Counted from the stretch's first letter, positions 46,159-57,620 are shown. The stretch: 64,000 bases of DNA from Candidatus Saccharimonadota bacterium (GCA_017511685.1 JAFWJE010000008.1:9638-73637); one strand, 5' to 3'. The notes: generated from the sequence alone by a model not told the origin. Made by a program: numbers and translations.

Positions 46159-47784
46159 TTAAACGTTTCTAAAGAGGATTTTCTTGACTTTTTTAACAAT
46201 TGGCTCGACTTCGGGGAGATTTAAGAAATAACCGGCGATAACATAGACAACGACGGAGGCTAACGAAATAACTAAGAACTTTGGCAAAGTAGCAAGAATA
46301 GACACATCTGTAGAACGAAGTGGTAAGAATTTGGTCAGAGAATAGGCAACGGCGCCAGTGATGGCGGTGGCGATGACCATGCGGAGTACTCCTTTGTAAA
46401 AAGATTTGTTGAATAATTTACCGTGACTGCGGCGCTGCAGGAGCCAGAGCAAAATTACGATTTCTAGAAACGCGCCAATGGACTGGGCGTAGCCGAGACC
46501 TTCTGGCCCAAAGTTCCAAATAGTAAATAAGACTGCGAGCATGGTAGAGAGGCCGACGGCGATAATACTGACGACGAAAGGCGTCTTCGTGTCTTGACGC
46601 GCGTAGAACCCGCGCGAGGCGATATGGAAAACTGAGCGCGCAAAAATCGCCACCACGAGTGTAGCAAGGACGGAGGCAATCAGTGGGTCGCCACCATTTT
46701 TGATGAACGAGACTACATAGCCGCGGGCAAAGTAGGCGATAGCCGCCACCGGTAGAGAAATCCAAATGATAGTACGCAGTCCGGCACGGAAAGTAGCATA
46801 ATACTCGTCCTCTTTGCCTTCACCGATGTCCTCGGTCATTTTCGGGAAGAAGGCGGTGGAAATGGCAACGCCAATAAGGTTGACTGGCATCTGGTGAAGC
46901 GCAGTAGCCTGCTGATAACTACGCATCGCGCCGGCACCCATGCGGCTAGAAAGGTTGGTATTGACGATGGTGTTGACGTAATCAATTCCCTGGTCCATAG
47001 AACGCGCCGGGAGAAGTTTAATGACGGAACGGAAGCCATGGTTTTTCCAGTAAATCTTAAAATCATAATCTACGCCGAGGCCGATGAGGCCGATGAGCGA
47101 AATGATGACTTGGAGAATAGCGCCAAAGACTACGCCAAGTGCCACGCCCATGATACCACCGTCAAAAATCTGGACGCCAAAAATGTTGATACCATTAGTA
47201 AACCAGACAATGCCGATTAAAATACCAACATTGTAAACCGCCGGTGCTAGAGCGTAAAATACGAACCGGCCAACGGCTTGCTGGATGGAACTTAGGACGG
47301 TGGCGATGGACATCAAAAACGGATTAATAGCAATCACGCGCATCATGTTGATGGCTAGAATAGTACCCGGTTCGTCTAGACCCGGACCGACAATGTAACG
47401 CACCAAAGGATCAGCAAAAATCATAATGAGGATGCTGGCGACTAGGGTGACCAGCGCCATGAGATTTAAGATGCTAGAGCTAAGTTCCCAAGCAGATTTT
47501 TTGTTGCCGGAGACTAGGCGCTGATTGAAAACTGGAATGAAAGAGACGGCAAGGGCACCAGAAGTGAGAATGAAAAACATGAAATCCGGAATAGTGAAGG
47601 CGGCAGTGTAGGCGTCGATGCCGGTAGGATATGTGTCCAAATAGTAAGAGTTTAGGAGCCGGTCGCGGAAAATACCAAGGAGTGCTGAAACTAAAGTACT
47701 AGAAGCTAAAATTACAGCCGAAGCCTTAATAGAAAGGCGGACGTTGGCAAGAGCCACGATTGACTTGAACTTTGGACGTTTCAT
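46159..47784 (-). CDS. murJ: Lipid II flippase MurJ
   Basis: LGIFRD, DAYTAAFTIPD, FIPVF, FYARQDTKTP. Confidence 0.93.
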   Translation of the reverse strand: MKRPKFKSIVALANVRLSIKASAVILASSTLVSALLGIFRDRLLNSYYLDTYPTGIDAYTAAFTIPDFMFFILTSGALAVSFIPVFNQRLVSGNKKSAWELSSSILNLMALVTLVASILIMIFADPLVRYIVGPGLDEPGTILAINMMRVIAINPFLMSIATVLSSIQQAVGRFVFYALAPAVYNVGILIGIVWFTNGINIFGVQIFDGGIMGVALGVVFGAILQVIISLIGLIGLGVDYDFKIYWKNHGFRSVIKLLPARSMDQGIDYVNTIVNTNLSSRMGAGAMRSYQQATALHQMPVNLIGVAISTAFFPKMTEDIGEGKEDEYYATFRAGLRTIIWISLPVAAIAYFARGYVVSFIKNGGDPLIASVLATLVVAIFARSVFHIASRGFYARQDTKTPFVVSIIAVGLSTMLAVLFTIWNFGPEGLGYAQSIGAFLEIVILLWLLQRRSHGKLFNKSFYKGVLRMVIATAITGAVAYSLTKFLPLRSTDVSILATLPKFLVISLASVVVYVIAGYFLNLPEVEPIVKKVKKILFRNV

Positions 47785-47802
47785 TCCTTCTATTATACCA
47801 CA

Positions 47803-49725
47803 TTAGTGGAGTTTGGCGGCTGATGGGAGGGTGGAACCTTTCAAGAGTTCAGGGAGGTCGGCTTCGTCGATAGTTTCTTTTTCGAGTAAGGCAGCGGCGA
47901 GGCGGTCTAGGACTTTGGTGTTAGCCTTTAAGACGGCTTCGGCGCGCTTGGCAGCTTCGTCGGTCAGCTTTTTGACTTCGGCGTCGATTTTTTCGGCGGT
48001 CTTTTCGGAGTAAGGCTTGCCGGTGGAAATGGTGTAATAACCGGTGGCTTCTGCTGGGAATACGAGATTGCGAGTGTCGGAGCCCATACCTTCTGATATA
48101 ATCATATCCTTGGATAATTCGGCGACGTGCTTCAAGTCGGAGGAGGCGCCAGTAGTAATGGCATCAGTACCGAAGACGATTTTCTCAGCGATGCGACCAC
48201 CCATAGCGCGAGCTAGGACATCTTTTAGTTCATAGATATTTTTATAGCTCCTATCCTCTGGCGGGAGGAACCAAGTAACACCACCAGTGGCACCGCGCGG
48301 AATGATGGTGATTTTGTGAACTGGGTCGGAATCTGGCAAGACGTGGCCCACGATGGCGTGGCCAGCCTCATGATAGGCGGTGATTTTGCGTTCCTCGTCA
48401 GTCATAACTTTAGACTTTCTCTCTGGACCGATAGCGACACGCTCAAAGGCCTCAGTCAAATCACTATTGGTGATTTCTTTGTGGCCCTCGCGAGCAGCAG
48501 TGATAGCAGCCTCATTGGCAATATTGGCGAGATCAGCACCGGAGGAGCCGGCAGTCTTAGCAGCTAGCGCATCGAGGTCAATATGGCTGTCGACCGGCTT
48601 ATTCTTGAAATGAACCTTAAGAATTTCTAGGCGGTCTTTTCTCTCTGGTAAAGTTACGTTAACATGACGATCGAAACGGCCAGGACGAAGCAGGGCCTTA
48701 TCCAGCATATCAACGCGGTTAGTGGCGGCCATGACGATGACGCCGGAATCATTATCAAAACCGTCCATCTCTACTAAAATCTGGTTCAAAGTTTGTTCAT
48801 CTTCACGACCAGCACCGCCGCGCGCATCGCGCTTATGCGCTACGGCATCAATTTCGTCAATAAAGATAATGGATGGAGCGTTTTTCTTAGCTTTGCTGAA
48901 TAAGTCGCGAACACGAGAGGCGCCGACACCGACAAACATCTCAGCAAATTCGGAACCAGAAATGCTAAAGAACGGTACGTTGGCTTCGCCAGCAACGGCG
49001 CGAGCCATCAAAGTTTTGCCGGTACCTGGGTCGCCAGCCAGCAACACGCCGCGCGGAATCTTAGCGCCAAGTTTTTCGTATTTTTTAGGATTTTTGAGAA
49101 AGTCCACGATTTCTGTCAAATCTTGTTTGGCTGATTCATTACCGGCGACATCCTCGAACTTGACTTTCTTTTTATCTGGGCCATATAGTTTAGCCTTAGC
49201 CTTGCCAAAGCCCATAGACTGATTGTTCATGTTCTGGGCTTGTTTTAGCATATACATAAAGAAGCCGATAAGTACAATGACTGGCACAACAATAATAGCG
49301 ATGTCAAAGAAAGTACTCCAAAAGTTGGACGGCTCAACATACTCTATTACTGGATAAGTTTCTTGGCATTTTTTAAGATCGTCACCGGTCTTGTCTTTGC
49401 AGTGATCGATGAGGCCTTGGTCGTAAAGCGTACCAGAGGCGTCTTTTCTAGAGACGACGGTGGGATAATCATTACCTTTTAGAGTGATCTTTAGTTCGGA
49501 GCCTGATACGGTGATTTTCTTAATATCGGTATCAGCGCGGTTGGCGCTGGCGATAACCTCAGACAAAGGCATTTCCTCTAGTTTATTTTGTGAGGTCATC
49601 GTGGCTGCGATGGCAAAACAAGCCAGCACTAAGATAAAAAAGAACGAAACGCGACGCGCGGAATTACTTAAATCTTTTTTATTCTGAGATTTTTTGGCGT
49701 TAGAATTAGAATTTGAATTAGACAC
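47803..49725 (-). CDS. ftsH: ATP-dependent metalloprotease FtsH
   Basis: [20 protein letters not shown]. Confidence 0.97.
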   Translation of the reverse strand: MSNSNSNSNAKKSQNKKDLSNSARRVSFFFILVLACFAIAATMTSQNKLEEMPLSEVIASANRADTDIKKITVSGSELKITLKGNDYPTVVSRKDASGTLYDQGLIDHCKDKTGDDLKKCQETYPVIEYVEPSNFWSTFFDIAIIVVPVIVLIGFFMYMLKQAQNMNNQSMGFGKAKAKLYGPDKKKVKFEDVAGNESAKQDLTEIVDFLKNPKKYEKLGAKIPRGVLLAGDPGTGKTLMARAVAGEANVPFFSISGSEFAEMFVGVGASRVRDLFSKAKKNAPSIIFIDEIDAVAHKRDARGGAGREDEQTLNQILVEMDGFDNDSGVIVMAATNRVDMLDKALLRPGRFDRHVNVTLPERKDRLEILKVHFKNKPVDSHIDLDALAAKTAGSSGADLANIANEAAITAAREGHKEITNSDLTEAFERVAIGPERKSKVMTDEERKITAYHEAGHAIVGHVLPDSDPVHKITIIPRGATGGVTWFLPPEDRSYKNIYELKDVLARAMGGRIAEKIVFGTDAITTGASSDLKHVAELSKDMIISEGMGSDTRNLVFPAEATGYYTISTGKPYSEKTAEKIDAEVKKLTDEAAKRAEAVLKANTKVLDRLAAALLEKETIDEADLPELLKGSTLPSAAKLH

Positions 49726-49772
49726 AGTTTACTCTCCTATATTATATATATTATATCATAGATGCGGGTGGG

Positions 49773-51875
49773 TTATTCAAAAACTGGCACGTCTGGCGGG
49801 AAAGGGTCGTCTGAGAAAAAATCGGTACCATCGTTCCATGGGTCAAAATCGGCGTCTGGGTTAGTAGCACGGAGAGCACCGTTACCAATGGCGCGAGAGG
49901 TGCGTGAACCGTAAGGATTATAGCCTAACTCTAGCAAGAAGCGTGACGGCGTGGCGTAATTGCGGGAGCCGTAAGTGTAACGTGAAGTGGCATAACTCAA
50001 ATAGAGCTCTTCACGAGCGCGAGTCATACCGACATAAGCTAGGCGACGCTCCTCCTCCATATCGGTGGCAGAATCCAGAGCGCGACTAGTCGGAAACAGT
50101 CCATCTTCCATACCAACGATGAATACAACTGGAAACTCTAGGCCTTTGGCAGCGTGGAGAGTCATTAGTGTAACAGAATGTCCGTCAGTAGTTTCGTCAG
50201 CAGAAGACATGAGGGCAGCGTCGGCCAAGAATTCGTCTAGGGCGGCATAGGGCGCGGCGTTGCCGACGAGGACGTTCAAATTCTCTAGGCGGTCTTCCCC
50301 GCTAGGCGTACCGTCGTCTAATAATTCTTGGAAATTAAAATGCGAGATGGTGAGCCGAACCGTCTCAGCCGGCGGAAGCTCATCCTCGGTAACATGACGT
50401 AGGAAACCCTGGAGTTTCATGAGTGCGGCGCCAGCCTTAGTGGAGAGACCATCGGTCAAGTCTGGACTAGTTAGCGGATTTTGGCCTGGGGCGGACTGCT
50501 CTAGAGCATCCAGCCGTGCGAAAATTTTTTGGAGCGTAACTTCACCGATACCAGAAAGAACATTTTTAATAACGCGCTCTAGGCTGATGCGGTCATGTGG
50601 GTTAGTAACGAGACGGAGCAATGCTAGCACATCTTTGACTTCTTTGCGGTCATAGAAACGCACACCACCGATGATTTTGTACGGGATTTTTTGGGTAATA
50701 AAAGCTTTCTCAAAAGTGTAGGACTGAGCATTAGTGCGATACAAAACAGCGTAATCTGAATATTCGCGGTGGTGCCTGGCGCGGTCACGCATGATGGTTC
50801 GCGCGACAAATTCAGCTTCTTTAGTCTCATCTGGCAGAGCCTCAACGTTGACGGGATCGCCATTTTTAGCCTCAGTAAACAGCTCTTTTTCGGTGCGAAT
50901 CTCATTATGTTCAATGACGGTCTGGGCGGCTTTTAGAATGTTGCCGGTGCTGCGGTAATTTTGCTCCAACTTAATAACTTTAGCGCCGGGGAAATCTTTT
51001 TCAAAGTTCAGAATGTTAGTAAAATCGGCGCCACGCCAAGAGTAGATAGATTGCCAATCATCGCCGACTACACAGATGTTCTGATCTGGACCGACCAACG
51101 CGTGAACTAAACGATACTGTATAGCATTAGTATCTTGGTACTCATCAATTAAAATATGCTGGAACTTTTCCTGCCATTTTTTGCGGACTTCCTTGTGGTG
51201 ATAGAATAATTCGGCGGTTTCTAGGAGGAGGTCGTCAAAATCAAGGGCGCCGGCTTTTCGTTTTTCAGACTCGTAGGCGTGATAGATTTTGGCGATGGTG
51301 TACTGGGCGGGATAACTGGCCGCGGCGGCGTAATCATCTGGGGACTGACCGCGGTTCTTAGCGGTGGAAATGGCAGCCTGGGCAGATTTAGGCTTAACGG
51401 ATTTAGTATCTAAGTGGTAAGTCTTGATGATCCGCTTTATAAGTGCAACTTGGTCATCAGTATCGTAAATAGTGAAGTTCTGGGCAAGACCGGCGGCGGC
51501 GTGTTCAATGCGGAGAATTTTCACACAGATGGAGTGAAAGGTACCCATATAGGGCATAAAACTGCGAGGTGCTGGAGCGAGCTGAATGACTTGGGAGGCC
51601 TGGGTGGTTCGAGTAGTTTCAGTGGGTTGGTGAAGTAGTCGCCAAAGACGGTCGCGCATTTCGCCGGCGGCTTTATTAGTAAAGGTAACGGCGAGGATAT
51701 TATGTTCAGAAACACCATGCTGGAGGAGGTTTGCAATGCGATGAGTAAGAGTCTTAGTCTTGCCAGAGCCAGCGCCCGCCAAAATCAGCAGTGGACCAGA
51801 AAGGGTCTCTACGGCATCTTTCTGGGCCGGGTTGAGCCCAGCGAAAATTGGATCTTGTAACTCCACTTTGGTCAT
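49773..51875 (-). CDS. pcrA: PcrA/UvrD helicase
   Basis: AGAGSGKT, DEYQD, QNYRS, HAAKGLEF, EERRLAYV. Confidence 0.93.
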   Translation of the reverse strand: MTKVELQDPIFAGLNPAQKDAVETLSGPLLILAGAGSGKTKTLTHRIANLLQHGVSEHNILAVTFTNKAAGEMRDRLWRLLHQPTETTRTTQASQVIQLAPAPRSFMPYMGTFHSICVKILRIEHAAAGLAQNFTIYDTDDQVALIKRIIKTYHLDTKSVKPKSAQAAISTAKNRGQSPDDYAAAASYPAQYTIAKIYHAYESEKRKAGALDFDDLLLETAELFYHHKEVRKKWQEKFQHILIDEYQDTNAIQYRLVHALVGPDQNICVVGDDWQSIYSWRGADFTNILNFEKDFPGAKVIKLEQNYRSTGNILKAAQTVIEHNEIRTEKELFTEAKNGDPVNVEALPDETKEAEFVARTIMRDRARHHREYSDYAVLYRTNAQSYTFEKAFITQKIPYKIIGGVRFYDRKEVKDVLALLRLVTNPHDRISLERVIKNVLSGIGEVTLQKIFARLDALEQSAPGQNPLTSPDLTDGLSTKAGAALMKLQGFLRHVTEDELPPAETVRLTISHFNFQELLDDGTPSGEDRLENLNVLVGNAAPYAALDEFLADAALMSSADETTDGHSVTLMTLHAAKGLEFPVVFIVGMEDGLFPTSRALDSATDMEEERRLAYVGMTRAREELYLSYATSRYTYGSRNYATPSRFLLELGYNPYGSRTSRAIGNGALRATNPDADFDPWNDGTDFFSDDPFPPDVPVFE

Positions 51876-51908
51876 GTAATTATGATAGCATAGTTTTAAC
51901 GGATGAGA

Positions 51909-54074
51909 CTAGACTTTATTAATTACTGGGATGACAATCGGTGTGTGACCAGTGGCGTCATAGAGAATATGAGTAACGTCCTCTTTAATTTCTTCTTTGA
52001 GTTTCTTTAGAGCAGCGTCGGTAGAGACGGCGTGCTCACATTTAGTGCGGAGGTAGTGGCGGATTTTGCCGATAAGCTCCTCGGAATTATCTAGGTAAAT
52101 AAAGGCACGCGAAACAATATCTGGAGTCTTAATCAGGCGGCCGGTCTTCTTATTAATGGTAAGGACAATCACAAAAATCCCTTCACGCGAGATGTGGATA
52201 CGGTCTTTAACTACTGCCTCGTGGACAGGCTGGTCGGCGTCGTCGTATAATTTGTTGCCGACGTGGATGCGGCCGGTTTTTTTGATGCGCTTATCCTTAG
52301 TAAACTCGATTAAATCGCCATCGTCAGCTACTAAAATCCGGTCTCTAGGGATACCGATGACGTTTTCGGCCATTTCGGCATTGTGTTCTAGCATATAAAA
52401 TTCGCCATGGTACGGAATGTAATTAGTAGGGTGGAGGCGGGTAACAAAGTCAACGTGGTCCTCATAGTAAGCATGACCAGAGAGGTGGAGTGGGCCGATG
52501 TTGGTGAGGTGAGTCTTACCGTTCTGGATGACCTGAGCACCTTCACGAAGGAGGCCATCCACAGTGCCGACAACGTGCGGTTCATTACCAGGGATAGGAT
52601 TAGACGAGAAAACTACCACATCAGATGATTTAATCTTAATATATTTATGGGCACCGGAGACCATGCGGTTTAAGACGGCATTTAGTTCCCCCTGGGAGCC
52701 GGTACAGACAATGGTGACTTTATCATCTGGGAGTTTGACGATGTCCTCCATTTTCATGATGGTGTCTTTAGGTACTTTGATCTGCTTTGTACGGAGAGCA
52801 ACTTCAACGTTGTTAATCATGGAAAAGCCGGAAAAAGCAACTTTGCGACCGCGCTTGGCAGCTTCTCTCAATGTGCTCTCAATGCGGGAGACCTGGGAGG
52901 AGAAGCACGAGATAATCACCCGACCATTAGCGTAATGATCCATGACTTTACCGAGGTTCTCACCGACGTCGTACTCAGAGTGTGGGTGGTGACCAGGGCT
53001 GTCGATGTTGGTGGACTCGTTGAACATGAGGTCGATACCTTCATTTTTAACGATTTCATCGATGCGTTCATAATCGGTCTGCGTGCCGTAAGGGTGTTCC
53101 TCGTGGCGCCAGTCGCCGGACATATAAATCACGCCGTTTGGTGTACGGAAAACAATGGCAGCGCTGCCCGGAATAGAATGGAGTACGTGAATAAACTCTG
53201 CTGAGAGATGCTCTGAAAGTTTAATATTCTCATGCTTGAATGGATCTACTACGTTGTAATTCAAATCTGGCTCATCTTCTAGCTCGGACATCTGCTTTTT
53301 AATCATACCGATGGTAAAATCGGTGCCGTAGATAGGAGTGAGCGGGTTGAACTTAGTAAGCAAGTGACGACAGGCTCCAATGTGGTCAAGGTGAGCGTGA
53401 GTAAAGAGAATAGCTTTAACCTTATCACGGTTGTCCTCTAAGTATTTAATATCCGGAATAAGATAATTTACCCCTGGATAATCTGCGCCGGCAAAGAGAA
53501 CGCCCATATCAACAACGACCATTTCGCCTTTGTACTCAATGATGGTCATGTTTTTGCCAATGCCAAACTCGCCGACACCGCCGATAGGGATAATATGGAC
53601 ACTGTCATCGGCAGGACGGGCTTTTTTTAGCTGGGCATGGGTGACCTGAGCGCCATCGTAACCATTATAGCGCGATTTATTAACAGGTATACCGATGATG
53701 TGTTGGGTGGCCTGAGCGTTGACATCTTGGGAAAGCATCCGCTGGTGGTGAACCATTTCGCCTTTTCTAGTGGAAACGGAAAGGCGGACTTTATCAGAGA
53801 CGGCTTTAGTGGTGGATTTAACAGCAGTCTTGGCGGTAGTTTTGTCGCTGGATTTAGTGGCTTTTACGCCGGATTTGGCGCTAGATGCTGCTTTTTTGGC
53901 GTTCTGACGCGTTCTGTGGGCCCTGGCTACCAGATGAGCATCTTTGCCACCTTCTTCAAAATTGCTGTTAAAATGACGTTTCTGGGCCTCCTCAAACTGT
54001 TCTTTGATGCCCGGAAGGCGCTCTTTGGCATTCTGTAAGAGGCGCGCACGACGCTCTTGCTCTTGTCTATTCAT
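51909..54074 (-). CDS. rnj: Ribonuclease J with long N-terminal extension
   Basis: THAHLDHIG, HSIP, GSQGE, HLSGH. Confidence 0.95.
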   Translation of the reverse strand: MNRQEQERRARLLQNAKERLPGIKEQFEEAQKRHFNSNFEEGGKDAHLVARAHRTRQNAKKAASSAKSGVKATKSSDKTTAKTAVKSTTKAVSDKVRLSVSTRKGEMVHHQRMLSQDVNAQATQHIIGIPVNKSRYNGYDGAQVTHAQLKKARPADDSVHIIPIGGVGEFGIGKNMTIIEYKGEMVVVDMGVLFAGADYPGVNYLIPDIKYLEDNRDKVKAILFTHAHLDHIGACRHLLTKFNPLTPIYGTDFTIGMIKKQMSELEDEPDLNYNVVDPFKHENIKLSEHLSAEFIHVLHSIPGSAAIVFRTPNGVIYMSGDWRHEEHPYGTQTDYERIDEIVKNEGIDLMFNESTNIDSPGHHPHSEYDVGENLGKVMDHYANGRVIISCFSSQVSRIESTLREAAKRGRKVAFSGFSMINNVEVALRTKQIKVPKDTIMKMEDIVKLPDDKVTIVCTGSQGELNAVLNRMVSGAHKYIKIKSSDVVVFSSNPIPGNEPHVVGTVDGLLREGAQVIQNGKTHLTNIGPLHLSGHAYYEDHVDFVTRLHPTNYIPYHGEFYMLEHNAEMAENVIGIPRDRILVADDGDLIEFTKDKRIKKTGRIHVGNKLYDDADQPVHEAVVKDRIHISREGIFVIVLTINKKTGRLIKTPDIVSRAFIYLDNSEELIGKIRHYLRTKCEHAVSTDAALKKLKEEIKEDVTHILYDATGHTPIVIPVINKV

Positions 54075-54199
54075 GTAAAATTTTCCTTTTATCTTATGTT
54101 AATCTTATAACTGCTCTCTATTACCTCGCTAGGGAGCCCGAAACAAGTAATGATTTAATATCTCTATTATACTAAAAAATAACGCAAATGTAAAGACTT

Positions 54200-54667
54200 T
54201 TATGAATTCCACCAACACTCATATTCAAACTTTAATTCGTAGTCCGTCTTATTAAATGGGGCGACAGGTAGGATAATAACAGAGGTGTGATTAGTATTGC
54301 AGAAGTATTCACCGTCAAAATAGGCGCGGTCCTTTTCATGACGACCGTCGTCAAATAGTAATAATTCGCGCAAGTAAACCCGCGGGAAACCGTATTCAGA
54401 ATAAGTAGTGAAAGCGGTCTGAAAATCTTCCTCTGGGAGATTGGCCACAAAACTATCATAGTAATAATTCTCATAATAATCACGCGCTAATTCTTCAATT
54501 TTGTTGACAGAAACCCGCTTTGGATCTAAAACGGCATAGGCACCAACATTAAAAAACACCAGGAGCATGCACAAGATAATCGCGACGGTGGCGAACTTGC
54601 GCGCAAAAGGTTCCAGGGGAAAATTAAGTGGTTCTGCCTTATATGGGTAAGAATAATACCTCCGCAT
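54200..54667 (-). CDS. Hypothetical membrane-anchored protein
   Basis: 155 aa, one TM helix, Cys pair. Confidence 0.65.
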   Translation of the reverse strand: MRRYYSYPYKAEPLNFPLEPFARKFATVAIILCMLLVFFNVGAYAVLDPKRVSVNKIEELARDYYENYYYDSFVANLPEEDFQTAFTTYSEYGFPRVYLRELLLFDDGRHEKDRAYFDGEYFCNTNHTSVIILPVAPFNKTDYELKFEYECWWNS

Positions 54668-54710
54668 ATTTTTATTTTACCATAAAAATTATCTGTGCTA
54701 CAATAAAAGT

Positions 54711-56144
54711 ATGAGTAAATTATTTAAAAGAACTAAAATTTTAGCAACGGTGGGCCCTGCGGTGTTTTCGGAGGAAAAAATAGAGGAATTGATTATGGCT
54801 GGAGTGAACGGTTGCCGGCTAAATTTTTCGCATGGAGAATATACTGAACGAGACCAACAGATAGAATGGATTAGAAAGGCAGCGGCCAAGAAGGGGCGCA
54901 GCGTGGCGATTGTCCAAGATTTGCAAGGGCCGAAAATCCGCCTCGGTGAGATTCGTGATAACCGGCTGGATTTGCATACTGGGGACCAACTAGTTCTGGA
55001 TCATGCGCTTACAGAGCACGATGGCGGAATGAGTGTGCCAGTACAATATAATTTGGCCGATAAGGTAAAGGTAGGTGAGCCACTTTCGATGTTTGACGGC
55101 AAGGTGAAATCACACGTAGTGGAAATTGTATCAAAGACCGCAATTAAGGTGGAGATTGAGAATGATGGCTTTGTAATGAGCCATAAGGGGCTGAATTTGC
55201 CAGATACGGATTTTGGTGGCGATATTATTACTGAGAAAGACATGGCAGACATTGAGTTTGGCGCGAGCCGCGACTTTGACTACGTGGCGTTGTCGTTTGT
55301 CCAGAGCGCAGAGGATATTAATAAGTTGCGCCAGATTTTACTGTCTCATGGGTCCACCGCTAAGATTATTGCTAAAATTGAGACGAAAAAGGCAATAGAG
55401 AGCGACGAGGCGATGGAGGCCATCGTCAAGGCGACGGATGCAATTATGGTGGCACGTGGCGATATGGCGGTGGAAGCTGGTGCCGAAGTGGTGCCGATTG
55501 TCCAGCGCAAACTGATTGCGATGTGCCGCGAGCACGGCAAACTCTGTATTGTAGCGACCCAGATGATGGGCTCAATGGTGGAAAATCCAGAGCCAACCAG
55601 GGCCGAGGTTTCCGACGTGGCTAATGCGGTAATTCAGGGCGCCGATGCGGTGATGCTATCAGATGAGACCGCTAATGGCCGGTATCCGGTAGAGACGGTC
55701 CGCGCGATGAAGAAAGTGATTCTATACACGCAGAACCATTCGCATGTTTCCCCGATTAACCACGAGGTGACTGGCGATTATAAAAATTACGATGCAATTT
55801 CCTCTGGCGTAGTGCAGATGGCTGAAAAAATCGGTGCGGACGTGATTGTCTGTCAGACAGCCTCTGGAGCAACGGCGGCGGCGATTGCGGCGCAGCGGCC
55901 TAAGCTGCCGATTGTGACGGTAACTTCTAACCCACGGGTGGCTGGACAATTGGCGCTGATTTATGCTAACTCAGCTTTTGTGCGGCCATATTCTGAAACT
56001 TATGGCTTGGATTTGGCTCAAGAGCTAAAGGATAATGGTTATCTGCAAGTGGAGGAAGGCCACTCTGATATCTTGGCGGTGATTATATCTGGACACAAAG
56101 ACACTGCCGGTGGAACTGACACGATTAAAATTGCGCGAATTTAA
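54711..56144 (+). CDS. pyk: Pyruvate kinase
   Basis: RTKILATVGPA, RLNFSHG, MVARGD, MLSDETA. Confidence 0.97.
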   Translation: MSKLFKRTKILATVGPAVFSEEKIEELIMAGVNGCRLNFSHGEYTERDQQIEWIRKAAAKKGRSVAIVQDLQGPKIRLGEIRDNRLDLHTGDQLVLDHALTEHDGGMSVPVQYNLADKVKVGEPLSMFDGKVKSHVVEIVSKTAIKVEIENDGFVMSHKGLNLPDTDFGGDIITEKDMADIEFGASRDFDYVALSFVQSAEDINKLRQILLSHGSTAKIIAKIETKKAIESDEAMEAIVKATDAIMVARGDMAVEAGAEVVPIVQRKLIAMCREHGKLCIVATQMMGSMVENPEPTRAEVSDVANAVIQGADAVMLSDETANGRYPVETVRAMKKVILYTQNHSHVSPINHEVTGDYKNYDAISSGVVQMAEKIGADVIVCQTASGATAAAIAAQRPKLPIVTVTSNPRVAGQLALIYANSAFVRPYSETYGLDLAQELKDNGYLQVEEGHSDILAVIISGHKDTAGGTDTIKIARI

Positions 56145-56210
56145 TAATGATTTTAATTGCGCGATTTTGATTTTTTAGCTATAATAGATTTATTAGGAGA
56201 TGGAGGTTTT

Positions 56211-57290
56211 ATGCTAAATAAACAGACTGTGACGGATACTGTAGTGCGCGGGCAAACGGTGCTGGTACGGGTAGATTATAACGTACCGATGAAAGATGGC
56301 CGGATTGTGGATGATTTACGTATCAGAGAAAGTTTGCCGACGATTGAACTTTTACGCAAGAAAGGCGCGCGGCGAATTGTGTTAATTTCTCATCTGGGGC
56401 GACCAGAGGGGCAAAAAGTGCTGGAAATGTCTCTAAAACCGGTGTATAAACGGCTGGCCGAGCTGCTTCCTAAGGTGTTTTTTGTACCAGATGTGTCGGG
56501 GCCGGACGTAGAGGATGCGGTTGAGGCTTTGCCAGTGGGCGGGGTGCTACTTTTAGAAAACTTGCGGTTTTTCCCTGGTGAGGAGGCTAATTCGGCAGAC
56601 TTTGCGAAAGATATCGTGGATTCTACACACGCGGATTTGTTTGTCCAAGATGGATTTGCAGTGGTACACCGGGCGCACGCTTCTACTTCGGCGATTACGG
56701 CAGAGTTGCCATCGGTGGCGGGGTTGTTACTGGAGAAGGAACTGACCGGGTTATCTAAGGTAGCCGAGTCGCCTTCACATCCGTTTGTGGTGGTGATTGG
56801 GGGTGCTAAAGTGGCTGATAAACAGCCTTTGATAGATAAATATGCCAAGATTGCTGATAAAATCGTCGTAGGAGGCAAGATTGCCGCGGATGGCTATACT
56901 AGCCCACTTGATAGGGTGTACGTCTGCGAGGACTTTATAGAGGGGTCTGAGGGCGATTTGGCTGGCAAAAAGCTGGATATTGGGCCAAAATCCGTGGCTA
57001 AGGTTACCGAGGTGCTCTCTGGCGCTAAAACTGTACTCTGGAACGGCCTGATGGGGATGGCTGAGGTGCCAGAGTTTGCCGGCGGTTCTATTGCGGTGGC
57101 GCGGGCTATCTCTGGTAATACTAAGGCTTATAGCGTAGTTTGTGGTGGCGACACTACTGGTTTTGTAGAAAATCTAGAGAAAACCGAGCCAGATTTACAT
57201 TTTTCTTTGATCTCTACTGGCGGTGGCGCAGCACTAGAATTCTTGCTAGGTGAAAGTTTGCCGGGCGTAGAGGCGTTGGACGAAAAATAG
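56211..57290 (+). CDS. pgk: Phosphoglycerate kinase
   Basis: RVDYNVP, SHLGRP, LENLRF, HRAHAS, STGGGA; GGAGG SD before ATG 56211. Confidence 0.96.
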   Translation: MLNKQTVTDTVVRGQTVLVRVDYNVPMKDGRIVDDLRIRESLPTIELLRKKGARRIVLISHLGRPEGQKVLEMSLKPVYKRLAELLPKVFFVPDVSGPDVEDAVEALPVGGVLLLENLRFFPGEEANSADFAKDIVDSTHADLFVQDGFAVVHRAHASTSAITAELPSVAGLLLEKELTGLSKVAESPSHPFVVVIGGAKVADKQPLIDKYAKIADKIVVGGKIAADGYTSPLDRVYVCEDFIEGSEGDLAGKKLDIGPKSVAKVTEVLSGAKTVLWNGLMGMAEVPEFAGGSIAVARAISGNTKAYSVVCGGDTTGFVENLEKTEPDLHFSLISTGGGAALEFLLGESLPGVEALDEK

Positions 57291-57345
57291 GGGTTGAAAA
57301 ATCCGTTAGATATTGTTATAATTTAGTTGTCGCTAGACGTTTTCT

Positions 57346-57420
57346 GGTCTCGTAGTATAACGGTTAGTACAACGGGTTTTCATCCCGTCAATAGGAGTTC
57401 GACTCTCCTCGAGATCACCA
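57346..57420 (+). tRNA. tRNA-Glu(TTC)
   Basis: ACGGG-TTTTCAT-CCCGT anticodon arm, TTCGA, CCA. Confidence 0.93.
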
Positions 57421-57434
57421 TTTTTTGTATCTAT

Positions 57435-57520
57435 GGAAGGGTGGCCGAGTGGTTGATGGCACTGGTCTTGAAAACCAGAGAGTGAAAGCTCCGCAGGTTC
57501 GAATCCTGTCCCTTCCGCCA
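57435..57520 (+). tRNA. tRNA-Ser(TGA)
   Basis: CTGGT-CTTGAAA-ACCAG, long variable arm, G73, CCA. Confidence 0.96.
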
Positions 57521-57596
57521 GGAAGGACAGTAACGTCAGTTTCCTGTCCCTTCCGCCAGGAAGGACAGTAACGTCAGTTTCCTGTCCCTTCCGCCA
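57521..57596 (+). repeat. Two perfect 38-bp tRNA-Ser-derived tandem repeats
   Basis: (GGAAGGACAGTAACGTCAGTTTCCTGTCCCTTCCGCCA)x2. Confidence 0.95.
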
Positions 57597-57620
57597 CTTT
57601 ATGTGGTATAATAGATTCGT

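Noticed and set aside
57504-57596. CRISPR array or prophage attL/attR
   Set aside because: Intervening sequences are identical and no integrase or cargo lies between the copies
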